DNA of 64,000 bases from Candidatus Thorarchaeota archaeon. GTDB taxonomy: Archaea > Asgardarchaeota > Thorarchaeia > Thorarchaeales > Thorarchaeaceae. The stretch's first letter is position 1. Each line of letters starts with the position of its first letter. The translations under genes were made by a program, and so were the position numbers. Location: positions 64,001 to 128,000 of the forward strand of contig CAVSBO010000005.1 in NCBI GenBank assembly GCA_963726195.1, written 5' to 3'. Of the stretch, positions 10,641 through 21,931 are shown in pieces. Under the pieces are notes generated by a model. It saw only the letters and a program-made list of their open reading frames with translations. It did no database searches and was not told the DNA's origin.

Positions 10641-11882
10641 ATGACGACCAAGTTCACTGCAGTCATGGTTGTTATGGATGGCGCCGGTGACAGAGCCGTC
10701 CCTGAGCTGGGAGGACTGACTCCGTTCCAAGCGGCAAGGACTCCAAACTTCGATCGTCTTGCATCACACGGACAAAGCGGACTCATGAACGTAATCTCCC
10801 CCGGCGTGACTCCGGGTAGCGATACTGCACACCTAGCACTCTTCGGATACGACCCAGTTGCGACCTACCCCGGAAGAGGACCGCTGGAGGCCCTTGGTGC
10901 AGGCCTTCAATCCAGACCGGGAGACGTGGCATTTCGTGCCAACTTCGCCACCATGAATCCAGATTCCACCGTAACCGACCGGAGGGCCGGGCGAGAGTTC
11001 ACAAGCGAGGAAGGCCTCGCTCTTCAGAAGGCAATCGACGGACTGGACATCGATGGTGTGAAGGTACACTTCGTGCACACTGTTGAGCATCGTGGCGCTC
11101 TCGTTCTGGAGGGCAAAGGTCTCTCTGAGAAGGTAACGGATGTTGATCCTCATGAGGACGGAAAGAAGGTCCTCCAAGCCACGCCACTTGTGCCCGAGGC
11201 AAAGAAGACTGCCGACGTTGTGAACAAACTAATCCGGCTCTCCTATGAGCGGCTAAAAGGTCTTGACGTAAACAAGGCTCGACAGAAGAGGGGTATTGCA
11301 CCCGCGAATGTGCTGCTTCTCAGAGGGCCGGGCCAACACAGAGAGGTTCCCACTCTCAAGGAAAGGTTTGGGATTAGGTGCGCAGTTCTTGCGGGCGGCG
11401 CACTATACATCGGCACTGCCAAATACGTTGGTATGGAGCACGTCAAGGTTCAGGGCCAGACAGGGACGATAGACACGAACTTCGATGGCATAGGTGACAA
11501 GGCTGCAGAATGCGTTGAGTCCGACTATGACTATGTCTTTGTCCATGTCAAAGCAACTGACAACGCCAGTCACGACCACAACGCAAAGCAGAAGGTAATG
11601 GCGATAGAAAGGACAGACGGGATGGTCGGCAGAATACTTGATCGCGTGCAAGACAGGATTGTCATTGCTGTTACTGCTGACCACACTACACCGGTTACTG
11701 TAGGGGAACACACATGCGACCCGGTACCAATCGTCATATGGTCTCCCTTTATCCGTCCTGACTCAGTTGAAAGGTTCACGGAGATTGACGCGGCTCACGG
11801 GGCACTGCATACCATTCGCGGAATCGATGTGCTCCCGATGTTGCTCGGCTATGCCGGAAAGACCGAGAAATTTGGCTCCTAG
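10641..11882 (+). CDS. apgM: 2,3-bisphosphoglycerate-independent phosphoglycerate mutase (archaeal type)
   Basis: MDGAGD, PGSDTAHL, GRGPLEA, HVKATDNASHD, TADHTTP, H.CDPVP. Confidence 0.95.
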   Translation: MTTKFTAVMVVMDGAGDRAVPELGGLTPFQAARTPNFDRLASHGQSGLMNVISPGVTPGSDTAHLALFGYDPVATYPGRGPLEALGAGLQSRPGDVAFRANFATMNPDSTVTDRRAGREFTSEEGLALQKAIDGLDIDGVKVHFVHTVEHRGALVLEGKGLSEKVTDVDPHEDGKKVLQATPLVPEAKKTADVVNKLIRLSYERLKGLDVNKARQKRGIAPANVLLLRGPGQHREVPTLKERFGIRCAVLAGGALYIGTAKYVGMEHVKVQGQTGTIDTNFDGIGDKAAECVESDYDYVFVHVKATDNASHDHNAKQKVMAIERTDGMVGRILDRVQDRIVIAVTADHTTPVTVGEHTCDPVPIVIWSPFIRPDSVERFTEIDAAHGALHTIRGIDVLPMLLGYAGKTEKFGS

Positions 11883-11889
11883 ATGCGTT

Positions 11890-12717
11890 TTACTGCACAT
11901 TCACTACCTTGTCGATTCTTTCCACGGAATCATCGAAGTAGTGCTCGTCATCGATTGTAAGATCGATTGCGCCGTTAGGGCAGGCCTCCACACAACGGCC
12001 ACAACCACGGCATTCCTCACTTATGACTGCGTGGTCGCCGACGAGGTGGATTGCATCGACGAAGCACACTCCTTGGGTGCAGGTCCCACATGCTTGGCAT
12101 CTATCTGTGACTTGAACATGGACACCGGGCATTTTGGTGATTTTCTTCCCGATACCCGGGGTTAGGTCGGGAAGAATCTTCCAAAGACAGCAGCAAGGGC
12201 AACAGTTACAGATTGTCAGTAGTTTATCTCCCGGCTTGGCATCGAGCCAGAAAGAATCGAGTTTGTTGCGACCAATCAGATGGACCAATCCGGCTTCTCT
12301 GCACTTCCTAACGTAATCGAGCGCCTCCTCCTTCGTCACCCGCCTTCCCAACAGTGGATTGATTCTCATTGCAGCTTCTCCCAAGAACAAGCAGCCGTAG
12401 CCGATTGGATAGTCCTTGCACTTCGACGCGTCTCTGCATATGCAGAAGTTCATGATCCAGTGATAATTCGCCTTTTTGATGAAGTGCTCAACGATTTTTG
12501 ATGGCAGCACAGTTTCAACAGGGTGCTCCAAGGACCTGCCCACAGATATTGTCTTCGTGATGACACTATCCTTGGGTAGGTACATTATGTCGTCGTTCTC
12601 GAAGAGCATCTTATCGACGACGCGCCCGACGCCAGGCACACGTGTCGCCAGTGCTATCATGCGTCTGTTCGGGAACGTCTTCTTCAGCAATTGCACAAAC
12701 CAAAGAGGCCGGGCCAT
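11890..12717 (-). CDS. 4Fe-4S dicluster-domain iron-sulfur protein
   Basis: CICR...C, ICNCCPCCC, CQACGTC...C and CRGCGRCVEACP. Confidence 0.85.
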   Translation of the reverse strand: MARPLWFVQLLKKTFPNRRMIALATRVPGVGRVVDKMLFENDDIMYLPKDSVITKTISVGRSLEHPVETVLPSKIVEHFIKKANYHWIMNFCICRDASKCKDYPIGYGCLFLGEAAMRINPLLGRRVTKEEALDYVRKCREAGLVHLIGRNKLDSFWLDAKPGDKLLTICNCCPCCCLWKILPDLTPGIGKKITKMPGVHVQVTDRCQACGTCTQGVCFVDAIHLVGDHAVISEECRGCGRCVEACPNGAIDLTIDDEHYFDDSVERIDKVVNVQ

Positions 12718-12883
12718 GCGTATTTGGTGCTCACAAGGCGCTGATATTGCTATCGAACGGGATTCCGGTCAGAATAAGCAGAGGGTATATACTGAACACA
12801 AACTGAGGCAAGATTTGGCACTGTTAGTAACTCTCTTAAACCCCTTGTGAGTAGTGCGAGAACCGCCAGCTGAGGAAGAACTA

Positions 12884-15800
12884 ATGAGAAGGCTGCAAGC
12901 ACTAATCCTGTTCGCAATCATTGCTGTGATTCTATTCGTGTCCATCAGCTGGACGTATGGCTGGTTCCTTGGTCAGACCATATACCGAAGCATGTACTCC
13001 AGCAAATCGGGTGTGGACTATTGGTCGACATGGACACTTCAGAACAACCTATTCACAGCATCCCTTCTCCTGACGATTGTCAGTATGATCACCCTTCCTC
13101 AACGCAGCACACTCCTGTCGTTCTTGAGCACACTCTCTCAGTTTGGGCGGTCCACCACCAGGCTCCCGTTGCCGAGAGCTCTGATATGGAGATTCATCGA
13201 GGTCATCGGGCTATTCGCTTTCTATGTTTCCTCGGGTGGCTATTCGGTTACAGGGCAGAATGTTGCGTTCCTAATGATGCTCATTGGACACGGTTCTATT
13301 TCTGTGAGTCCCCAGGACATCGGAACTTTGTTTGCTCTGCCGTTCGCGCCCGGCACATCAGCAGATTCGGTAGTCAGTCTTGTGCCTGCGATGGAAGCAT
13401 ACCAGCTATATGTAGGACTCATAGCCACGTTCTTGGCCGCGACTGCGGTGAGAGTGGCCCTTAGCATCGCCACAGATCTAATGGCTCAGAGGCGTGATGT
13501 GTTAATCATATTCGCGAAAGCACTCGTGATAGGTGCACTTGGGCTCTGTATCGCAATACTAGGCGTGCCGACATGGACTGTCAACGCGGGAAGTTGGATG
13601 ACCTATCTGGCATATATCGTTGCACTAGGCTCCTGCATCATGGGCGCATTTCTGTTCATGGCATTTCGTGTTCGCTCTGGGGACGTACAGACCAGAGTCA
13701 GGAGCAAGATAACCCAACTGGAGGAAGACTTGGCCCGAATGCAGGGGGAGCTGCTGTCACTTCGTCAGGAATACGAGGGCAGCTCAATCACGGTTGAAGA
13801 CTATCGCAAAAAGGTCAACATGCTAATGGAGGATAGGTCGAACATTGCTGGAGAGCTCAGGCGCCTGAAAATTGAGCGGCTTATTCCCATTGGAGGTTCC
13901 CCTCGGAAATTCGGACTTCTCGCGATAGTCTTGGTCGCGATTGTTTTGATGTTGCCAGCCACCCAGGCATTGTACTATGGCATCCAGATGTCAGGAGACA
14001 AGTACATTGACTGGAAATTCAACTATGAGACAACGAAGGAGATTGCCATCACCAACTGGGCCGCCGGTGTCCAGGGAATGAATACAAAGACGCTGCAAGA
14101 CCTGACCCTTAATGCAACTCCTCAGGGAGAGGCTGAGTACCTGACTACCGTGAGACAGTGGGATCAAGAAGCTAGTTACCTGCGGATGAAGAACCAAATC
14201 GGCACAAATTGGATGCAGCTCGCAGATTCAGATATTGTCTTTCTGAAGAACCATGAGTATTGGATTGCTCCATTGACCCTTGACTATAGTACCATCTCTA
14301 CCAGCTTCATCAATCAGCATCTCATTTACACTCACACAGAAGGCATGGTAGTTCAGGACGCTTACACGGGGAACATTGTGGATCATAGCGATCTCATAGC
14401 CCTCCTCAACCGGAGCAAGACCATAGACACATACTATGGCGAGGGGCAGGGTTTTAGCGGTCCTGTGTTTGTCGGCGTCGCCGGCATCGATGAGGTCGGA
14501 AACTCGTCATTTCAAGGACAGCCCGACTACAAACTGAGCGGTTTCGAGTCCAGTTTCTTCGTTTTTTCGATGGGACCTGAGGCCTGGTCATTTGCTGGTC
14601 AGAATCTCAACATGCTCTTGGAGCGAGATGTGCACTCGAGAGTCAACAAGATACTGCTTCAGGGTTTGACCGCCGATCAGGACGCATACATAGTTGTAGA
14701 GCCTTCCGGAAACCTCTACTACGCGGTCTCGGTCTTCATAAACTACCCGTTATCGACGGGCTACGCTCATGAGAGCTACATGAGATTCATGGGCGTTGTT
14801 CTCGTTAGCATAGAGAACGGTGCCTTGTCATTCTACCGTTCTCCGACTGCGAATTCCACTTTCTTCATCGACAAGACTTACGATGAGTACTATCCTTGGC
14901 AAAACATGCCGGCTTGGTTGCAGTCTCAGATCAGATGGCCTGAAGACCTTTACGAGCGCCAGCTGACCATAGCCAACACATACCATGTGAAGGACGGCTT
15001 CATTTGGAGGAGCGGCGTCGACTTCTATGAGCCTTCCACGGACTCGGACACACGGTACATGGTCATGCGGATAGCAGGAGTGGACCGATTTGTTGCCACT
15101 TACAATGTTGAGTTTCTTCAGTCACCCGGCAAGAACCTTGCAGGGCTTTATGTAATGGGCTGCGGTAACACTGATTTTGGCCAATTCACGTTCTACGGTT
15201 CTGGGAGTGTAGGTGTCTCGACGTATCTGGGACCTGAGGCCGCACGGCAAGCTTTCGAAACAAGTGACAAAGTCCGCACGCAGCTTAGTCTGTGGGGACA
15301 GCACAGGTACGGCAACATATTGCTCTACCACCTCGGAGGACAGCTGTTTTTCGTAATCCCTGTGTTTCTAGAGGTCGAGACCGGGACATCCACAGTTATC
15401 GAGAAACTAGGTGGAGTTGGACTTGTTGATGCTGAGACCGGTGCGCGTGTGGCGCTGGGTTCGAATGTCGTGGAAGCCTACTACGTGATGTTCGGATTGT
15501 CAAACAGGACTGTGGTTCAAAATGGCCAAGTCGGATTTGAGAGCGCAGTCTTCAGTCCGAGCTCTATCGTCTCCGGTTCATCGACCAATCTAGTCGCCCT
15601 GATGAAGAACAATGACAATGTGACGCACACTCTTGACCTCGACATAGTCGTCTTGGCAGGTAACTTCACAGTGGGATGGCATGGCGCGAATGTGCTGCCA
15701 ACAGTGTATCCCGAAAATTCCACATTCAGTCTACACATTGGCAACGTTGGTCCTGGAGACTCCTATGGTACCTCACCTACAATCACTGTCCATCTGCCGT

Positions 15801-15895
15801 CTGGAATTGTGTTTGCCACCTACCTAGTCATCATCGTGCTCAGGACTGAAGCAGGGGCGGTGGATCAGATGACTCTCTTTCTCACAGTGACATAG
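12884..15895 (+). CDS. UPF0182-like membrane protein
   Basis: N-terminal multi-TM region, then VRQWD, NQHLIYTHTEG, YYGE, WPEDLYERQ...YHV, YGNILL, 'LFFVIPVFL' as in UPF0182. Confidence 0.75.
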   Translation: MRRLQALILFAIIAVILFVSISWTYGWFLGQTIYRSMYSSKSGVDYWSTWTLQNNLFTASLLLTIVSMITLPQRSTLLSFLSTLSQFGRSTTRLPLPRALIWRFIEVIGLFAFYVSSGGYSVTGQNVAFLMMLIGHGSISVSPQDIGTLFALPFAPGTSADSVVSLVPAMEAYQLYVGLIATFLAATAVRVALSIATDLMAQRRDVLIIFAKALVIGALGLCIAILGVPTWTVNAGSWMTYLAYIVALGSCIMGAFLFMAFRVRSGDVQTRVRSKITQLEEDLARMQGELLSLRQEYEGSSITVEDYRKKVNMLMEDRSNIAGELRRLKIERLIPIGGSPRKFGLLAIVLVAIVLMLPATQALYYGIQMSGDKYIDWKFNYETTKEIAITNWAAGVQGMNTKTLQDLTLNATPQGEAEYLTTVRQWDQEASYLRMKNQIGTNWMQLADSDIVFLKNHEYWIAPLTLDYSTISTSFINQHLIYTHTEGMVVQDAYTGNIVDHSDLIALLNRSKTIDTYYGEGQGFSGPVFVGVAGIDEVGNSSFQGQPDYKLSGFESSFFVFSMGPEAWSFAGQNLNMLLERDVHSRVNKILLQGLTADQDAYIVVEPSGNLYYAVSVFINYPLSTGYAHESYMRFMGVVLVSIENGALSFYRSPTANSTFFIDKTYDEYYPWQNMPAWLQSQIRWPEDLYERQLTIANTYHVKDGFIWRSGVDFYEPSTDSDTRYMVMRIAGVDRFVATYNVEFLQSPGKNLAGLYVMGCGNTDFGQFTFYGSGSVGVSTYLGPEAARQAFETSDKVRTQLSLWGQHRYGNILLYHLGGQLFFVIPVFLEVETGTSTVIEKLGGVGLVDAETGARVALGSNVVEAYYVMFGLSNRTVVQNGQVGFESAVFSPSSIVSGSSTNLVALMKNNDNVTHTLDLDIVVLAGNFTVGWHGANVLPTVYPENSTFSLHIGNVGPGDSYGTSPTITVHLPSGIVFATYLVIIVLRTEAGAVDQMTLFLTVT

Positions 15896-15908
15896 GGAAA
15901 TCTTGACG

Positions 15909-16856
15909 CTAACTGTCTTCCGTCCGGTACCAATCGACAGTCCGTTTCAGGCCTTCCTTGAGAGCCACTCGTGGAACGAAGCCAAGTACGCGTTGCGCCT
16001 TCGTCATCGAACTCGTGCTATCGCGAACATCGCCTTTTCTCGGCGGCAGGTGGACAATCCGTGATGAGGTAGATCCTACAATTGACATTACCAATCTCGC
16101 AACTTCGAGCACACTAGTCGATTCTAGTCCCGATACATTAATCGTCTCTCTAGCCGCCTTGGCAACGTCCGCTGCTAGGCAAGTCGCTCTCACTACATCG
16201 TCAACGTGGATGAAGTTTCTAGTCTGCTTGCCATCTCCTTCTACCGTGATTGATTCGTTGTTAAGAGCCTGATGGATGAAAATCGAAAGAACCCCGCCGT
16301 ACTCAGAGTAGACTTGCCGTTCGCCGTAGACGTTGAAGTATCTCAGTATGACTGGTTCAATTCCATAAGAGTTGCCAAAAGCTTTCAGATACTCTTCAGC
16401 GGCTATCTTGGAGGCAGCATAGGGACTCAGAGGGTCGAGAGGGGTCTTTTCATCAACGGGTAATTTGCTGGGATTTCCGTAGACAGCCGCGCTCGAGCTA
16501 AAAACGATACGTCTAGCATCTCTGGCTCTTGCGAGTTCGAGCATACCCAGTGTTCCGTCTACGTTATTTCTATGTACAAGTAGCGGGTCCTCCAAAGACA
16601 TCTTGACTGACGACACTGCTGCCAAATGGAAAATGGTATGCACATTCTCCTTGACTTGTTGGATAAACACTGGATCACAAATGTCTAGTTCTAGAAGCGT
16701 GAAATTCGGATTCGCGAGCGCATGAGTGAGGTTGCTCCTCCTGCCTGTACGGAAACTGTCAATGCCAATTACAGGCATACCTTTGTCTAGTAACGTGTCC
16801 ACCAGGTGGCTACCGATGAAGCCTGCGCAACCTGTAACAAGTACGGTCTCACTCAT
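15909..16856 (-). CDS. NAD-dependent epimerase/dehydratase (UDP-glucose 4-epimerase-like)
   Basis: TGCAGFIGSH, SSSAAVYG, YAASK, RYFNVYG, GDGKQTRNF. Confidence 0.92.
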   Translation of the reverse strand: MSETVLVTGCAGFIGSHLVDTLLDKGMPVIGIDSFRTGRRSNLTHALANPNFTLLELDICDPVFIQQVKENVHTIFHLAAVSSVKMSLEDPLLVHRNNVDGTLGMLELARARDARRIVFSSSAAVYGNPSKLPVDEKTPLDPLSPYAASKIAAEEYLKAFGNSYGIEPVILRYFNVYGERQVYSEYGGVLSIFIHQALNNESITVEGDGKQTRNFIHVDDVVRATCLAADVAKAARETINVSGLESTSVLEVARLVMSIVGSTSSRIVHLPPRKGDVRDSTSSMTKAQRVLGFVPRVALKEGLKRTVDWYRTEDS

Positions 16857-17023
16857 CGCTTAAGTCGCTCTTTTCGAAGGCCCCAGCCGCTATTTGGTTC
16901 TTGCGGGGGCTTTGATGCAGGGCACATGCCTCATTACCTGAAGGGAGGAGTGATTCGTTCTTCAGGCTAGTTTATGAGATGCTTCGGCATTGTGCCCGAG
17001 GTCCAATCGAGGGTTTCACCACA

Positions 17024-18224
17024 ATGTCTGGTTTCGATGCTGATGTTATCGTCGTTGGTGCTGGCCCGGCAGGGTCCACTGCCGCCAAAATCACTGCATC
17101 GGCCGGACTGAGCACGTTGATTATTGAAAGACGCGCTCACGTCGGGCTCCCAGTTCAATGCGGAGAGTTTGTGCCCAGCCCCCGAGAAATCAAAGACTTG
17201 TTTCCGAGGTGCTCCAGAGGTGCGCGGCTAGTAGTCATTCCAAGTCGGTTTGTGTCGAACAGCTGTTCTCGAATCAATCTATTCTCACCTAATCTCGGTC
17301 AGTTCGGGTTTCGGTTCGCTGCAAACGTCATAGACCGTGCTCTGTATGACCCATGGCTAGCGTCCGAAGCCCAGACGCGCGGCGCAGAGCTGCGATTAAA
17401 CTCAACGGTCCTCGGATTGAAGAGTGCCAACGAGGTAGTATTCAGAGACAAAGATGGCACCCATTCTGCTAAGGGACATGTGATTGTCGGTGCTGACGGC
17501 CCACACTCTTGCATAGCACACTCGTTAGGCCGCGAGTACATGACTGGCTCGAAAGACCTTACACTCGCTATACAGTACATTCTTGCGGGCGTGGATTGCA
17601 GGTCTAACGAAATTGAGATGTACTTTGGCAATCAAGTGGCTCCTGGGGGGTACGCTTGGATAATTCCAAAGGGAGGTTCAATTGCCAATGTTGGCCTCGG
17701 TATCAGAAGCCAGTTCTCGTTGAGAGGCAGCAGTTCTCAAGACCTACTTGCATCACTTCGTGAAAAGGCACGTGTCTGCACGGCAGCAGACGGGGGAAGT
17801 TAGGACCCTGAGCAGGATTGCCGCGCTGATACCTGTTGGTGGGCCGGTCAGTAGAAGCTGGTCTGAACATGCAATCCTTGCCGGGGACGCTGCAGGACAT
17901 GTTATGGCCTGCAATGGTGGCGGAATTCCTAGTGCGCTGATTGACGGTGAGATAGCCGGACAGGCTGCAGTCAGACATATCTCTGAAGGCATTCCGCTCT
18001 CGTCGTACGAAACCACTTGGCGCAAAGAGATTGGTAGCGAGCTCAGAACGGCTCTCATGATTCTGCGCGTTGCTGATCAGGTAATGCCATCTGACAAAGT
18101 GACCGAGATATGCATGCATCTAGCAAGGTCACATTTCCTGGAATCTCTGATTCGGTGCCGTCTGCCTCTTTCTGTTGATGTTGCCGCCAAGACGCTAGTC
18201 AAGGTACTGAAGGTCATGACTTGA
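17024..18224 (+). CDS. Geranylgeranyl reductase family protein (frameshift near 17730)
   Basis: VVGAGPAGS, VQCGE, GADG, PGGYAWIIP in the first frame; GDAAG...GGGIPSAL in the second. Confidence 0.88.
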
Positions 18225-18261
18225 TCAGACGGCTTCCAGATTGACTGAGATGACAGTCAGC

Positions 18262-19344
18262 TCAATAACCCCTTTTTAGGACGGAATCCGCCAGTTCCAT
18301 GAGAAGACGTTCATTGGGAAATCCCTGGCCTCTGACAGACATCTTGGCAGCTTGAACATAGCACTCTGCCTTTCTCGTCGCAAGCTCAACTGCGCCGGTC
18401 CTGCTTATGAGGCCCAGTGAGTTTTCGATTAATCCCTTTGAAAGAGCCTCAAGGCACTCAATCCGATCTTCATTTGAGCATGACTCGAGTGCGACAGTCA
18501 ATGGGTAGTTGCTCCTCATCCATCTCAGGTCTGAGCGGACTGACTTGCCTGTGACCTCCTTGCATGAGGTCACATCAAGAATATCATCACGTATCTGAAA
18601 TGCAATACCTAGTGATTCAGCATACTGGGCAAGGGCATCTTGCTGTTGCTTTGTGCCCTTTCCAACCAAGGTTCCCATTCTTGTAGATGCCTCTATGAAT
18701 GCGACTGTCTTCCTCCTCACTGTGCTGATGTACATCTCTGTGCTCAAGTCTTCATCTGCTTTCTTCTCTGTGAGGAGGTCAAACGCTTCTCCTTCGCACA
18801 TTTCCACACCGGCGGAGCCCACATGCTGGAGGAGTTCGGCGGTTCCATGCTTGCCTACTAGCAGCACTGCTTGCGCGACCAGTAGGTCAGCTGCTAGCAT
18901 GGCTAGGTCGTTACCATATTTCTTGTGAACAGTCTCGACGCCACGCCTGAAGTCATCTCGGTCTATGATGTCGTCGCGAATAAGGCTGGCCGTCTGAATC
19001 AGCTCTGCAGCGACTGCTATTGGCAGTGCTTCGTCCAGCTTGCCGCCCACAGCCTCACAACTTAGAAGTATGAGCAGTGATCTCAGCCGCTTGCCTCCAG
19101 CCCTGACAAGGTGATAGGCGGCCTCATACAATAGAGTCGGCTCTCCAGTATTTGCAAGGAGGTGCCTTTCTATGTCTCTGTTGATGAGGTTGATACGGGA
19201 CACAAACTCAGGAGAAGATGAATGCAACCAGGTTGGAGAAGACTCTGACTGTTGCGTGTTCCCTGCCATGTCGGTTCTTGAGCCACAGCAGACATCAGCC
19301 TGAGAGGAAACGCTGTCCTTTGTCGTTGGGTTTCGCTTGGGCAA
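18262..19344 (-). CDS. trans-Polyprenyl diphosphate synthase
   Basis: GGKRLR, FARM SLIRDDIID..RRG, KT, SARM FQIRDDILD...GK; start uncertain. Confidence 0.9.
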   Translation of the reverse strand: MPKRNPTTKDSVSSQADVCCGSRTDMAGNTQQSESSPTWLHSSSPEFVSRINLINRDIERHLLANTGEPTLLYEAAYHLVRAGGKRLRSLLILLSCEAVGGKLDEALPIAVAAELIQTASLIRDDIIDRDDFRRGVETVHKKYGNDLAMLAADLLVAQAVLLVGKHGTAELLQHVGSAGVEMCEGEAFDLLTEKKADEDLSTEMYISTVRRKTVAFIEASTRMGTLVGKGTKQQQDALAQYAESLGIAFQIRDDILDVTSCKEVTGKSVRSDLRWMRSNYPLTVALESCSNEDRIECLEALSKGLIENSLGLISRTGAVELATRKAECYVQAAKMSVRGQGFPNERLLMELADSVLKRGY

Positions 19345-19482
19345 CCACTATCTCCTCTGGTCAAATGGTGTCACGGCCGCGTCCTTATTAGCGCTTCCGA
19401 AAAGGTGCCGACCCAGAATGACAGAGAGTGACGTTGAGGAAGCCTTTTGTCTTTGGAGGGAATTCACTAGGAGCGAGGACCG

Positions 19483-20593
19483 ATGGGCTCGCAGCACGAC
19501 CAAGAGGACACCTCTCACTCCGGCAAGAGACCAGAGAGCGCACGCGGCCAATCCGTCGAGCCGGGAAGCAAACGAGCCAAGAGGCCTAGCAAGGTCCGAT
19601 TACTGATTGCAGAAATGCGCTTGAGCTTCCTCACCGCTTCAATCACTCCAATCTTGCTAGGGACTGCAATAGCTTGGGCCACCGCCGGAGTGTTCATCTG
19701 GGACGTGTTCTTGCTTACATTGGTTGCCGGTTGTTGTCTGCATCTGGGCGCGAATATCGCGAACGACTTCTTCGATCATCTGAGCGGCAATGACGATATC
19801 AATGTTGACTATGTGAGGCCGTTCTCCGGTGGAAGCAGATTGATTCAGCAGGGCCTGCTTTCGTCATTTGCGGTGTTTGCTGAGTCGATGTTCTTCTTCA
19901 TGCTGGGAGGCATCATTGGACTCGATCTCGCGTTCACCAGAGGAATGCTCATACTGATCCTAGGAGTCATTGGTGCTGCCTCGGGCTTCTTCTACACCGC
20001 ACCCCCTGTGCGGCTGAGTGAGTCGTGGAATCGGCGAAGTCTTCATTGGATTGAACTTCGGTGTTCTAATGACTCTTGGTGGCTACTATGTTCAGACACA
20101 AACCATCAGTTTTGTCACAATCATCCCTTCAATTCCAGTAGCACTCCTGATTACTGCAGTCCTCTACATCAATGAATTCCAAGACTATCGAGCTGATGGG
20201 GCCACAGGTAAGAGAACTCTGGTTGTCCGCTTGGGCCGAAAGAATGCGGCCCGTGGATACGCGGTGATCATGACTGCAGTATATCTTACGACCTTGTTCG
20301 GAGTCATCATGAACAAGATGCCTGACGATACTCTAATTGCGTTGACTACATTACCTCTGAGCATTCTTGCGGTGCGGCGTGCCATGGTCTCATATGAGAA
20401 ATCGTTCGAACTTGTTCCTGCAAACGCATCTACAGTACTGACGCATCTATTGACTGGACTATTCCTGACACTAGGATATGTGTTGGCCGGACTTGGGATA
20501 TCCTTCCAAGACACTCTACTCTTCGGCTTCTTTCTCTTGGCAGTGACACTATTCCTGAGCGTCAAAATCCACAGGAGACCTCCGCCTGCATAG
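19483..20593 (+). CDS. menA: UbiA-family prenyltransferase, MenA-like (frameshift near 20018)
   Basis: NIANDFFDHLSGND, FSGGSR, YTAPP / RGIGE, NEFQDYRAD...GKRTLVVRLG. Confidence 0.8.
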
Positions 20594-21823
20594 CTATTGC
20601 GGATAGGCTTCCTTCAGGCCATCCCAAGAGAATCCTAGAGCCTCGGCAACTAGCACAGCCAAATCCTTCGACTTCTTGTTCGACCCGGCTTGAGGAAGTT
20701 GGTCCTGCATGAAGTCGACGCACGAGGGACAAGCAGAGATCACCTGCTGGGCATTGGTCTGCTCTATGTCCTTTAGTTTGAGCTGGTTTATCTTCAGGGC
20801 GAACTCGTTGTCGACAGCTCGGAGAACACCCCCTGAGCCGCAGCAGAAGCAGTTGTTCTTGTTGTGAGGGAGCTCCTCGAACGTAACTCCCGGCAGATTC
20901 TCTATGACCTTCCTTGGTTCCTCAAAGAACCCCGAGTTCCGCCCAGCATCACACCCGTCATGGAATGTGATCGAGGCTTCCGTGTGACGATTGAGGTTGT
21001 TCAGTTTGCCACTATCGAACAGGTCGGCCAGATATTTCGCTCCGTACTCGATTTGAAATGGATGCTCGATGTCAAGAAGCTCATGATACTCGCGTGCCCA
21101 TATCTTGTAACAGCCGGGGCAATTGGTGACTATTCGTTCTACTCCGAGAGCTTTGTACTTCTCGATGTTGTGAGCCGCGAGCTTTCGGGCTGTATCGAAA
21201 TCTCCGGTCATGAGCATCGGAGCCCCGCAGCACCACTCATCTTCCCCGAGAATTGTATAGTCTTGCTGGACCTTATCCATGATCAGAGTCGTGGCTATTG
21301 TAGCTTGGATTGGCACCGCCTTGTACGATGATGCGCATCCAAAGAAGAATGCAGTCTTTGCCTTCCGACCAATCTTGCTACGCAGCAGCTCTTCATCAGG
21401 ATGCCAGTACGACCACCCGTCGATTCGATCCGACTGAGATTGACCCTGAATGTTGTTGGTCTTCAACAGAGTGTCTCTTGCAGCCTCTAGGTTCTTTGGC
21501 CACATGCCCCTCTTCCTGAACTCTGCGCGCATCAGCTGATAGAGCTTGACGAATGGGATGTCGACCTGGCAGACTTCCTCACATCCGCCGCACAATGTGC
21601 ATCCGAATATGGCATCCCGAAGACCTTCGAGTCCCTCGGAGGGCTCAATGCGACCTTGAATCAGCGCCCGTGCAAGCAGCATCTTGCCTTTGCCGGAGTA
21701 GCTATCAAGTCGTTTGACCTTGTATGTGGGGCAAGATCCGTGACCGACTTGACAGAAGCTGCACTGAGCACACGTGAATGGCATGTTCTGGAGGCTGTAT
21801 TTTTCGAGCAGAGGGAAACGCAT
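20594..21823 (-). CDS. CCG-domain (Fe-S)-binding oxidoreductase subunit, HdrD/GlcF/GlpC-like
   Basis: CAQCSFC...CP, CTLCGGCEEVC, FFGC, EWCCG, CPGC, HDGC, CCGSGG, CPSC; true start likely ATG 21823. Confidence 0.9.
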   Translation of the reverse strand: MRFPLLEKYSLQNMPFTCAQCSFCQVGHGSCPTYKVKRLDSYSGKGKMLLARALIQGRIEPSEGLEGLRDAIFGCTLCGGCEEVCQVDIPFVKLYQLMRAEFRKRGMWPKNLEAARDTLLKTNNIQGQSQSDRIDGWSYWHPDEELLRSKIGRKAKTAFFFGCASSYKAVPIQATIATTLIMDKVQQDYTILGEDEWCCGAPMLMTGDFDTARKLAAHNIEKYKALGVERIVTNCPGCYKIWAREYHELLDIEHPFQIEYGAKYLADLFDSGKLNNLNRHTEASITFHDGCDAGRNSGFFEEPRKVIENLPGVTFEELPHNKNNCFCCGSGGVLRAVDNEFALKINQLKLKDIEQTNAQQVISACPSCVDFMQDQLPQAGSNKKSKDLAVLVAEALGFSWDGLKEAYPQ

Positions 21824-21931
21824 TCTTCTGAAACCCTGCGAGGTTCCAGAAGATGAATCTAAAAGGTCTTCGGCCTGGCTCAGACCGTGCGATGAGAACT
21901 TTAAAATGCTAAGAGTTGGGATTGAGGTACA

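Noticed and set aside
18262-19344. Archaeal GGPP synthase (idsA) for ether lipids
   Set aside because: It lacks the aromatic chain-length residue before the first DDxxD, so the symbol was withheld.
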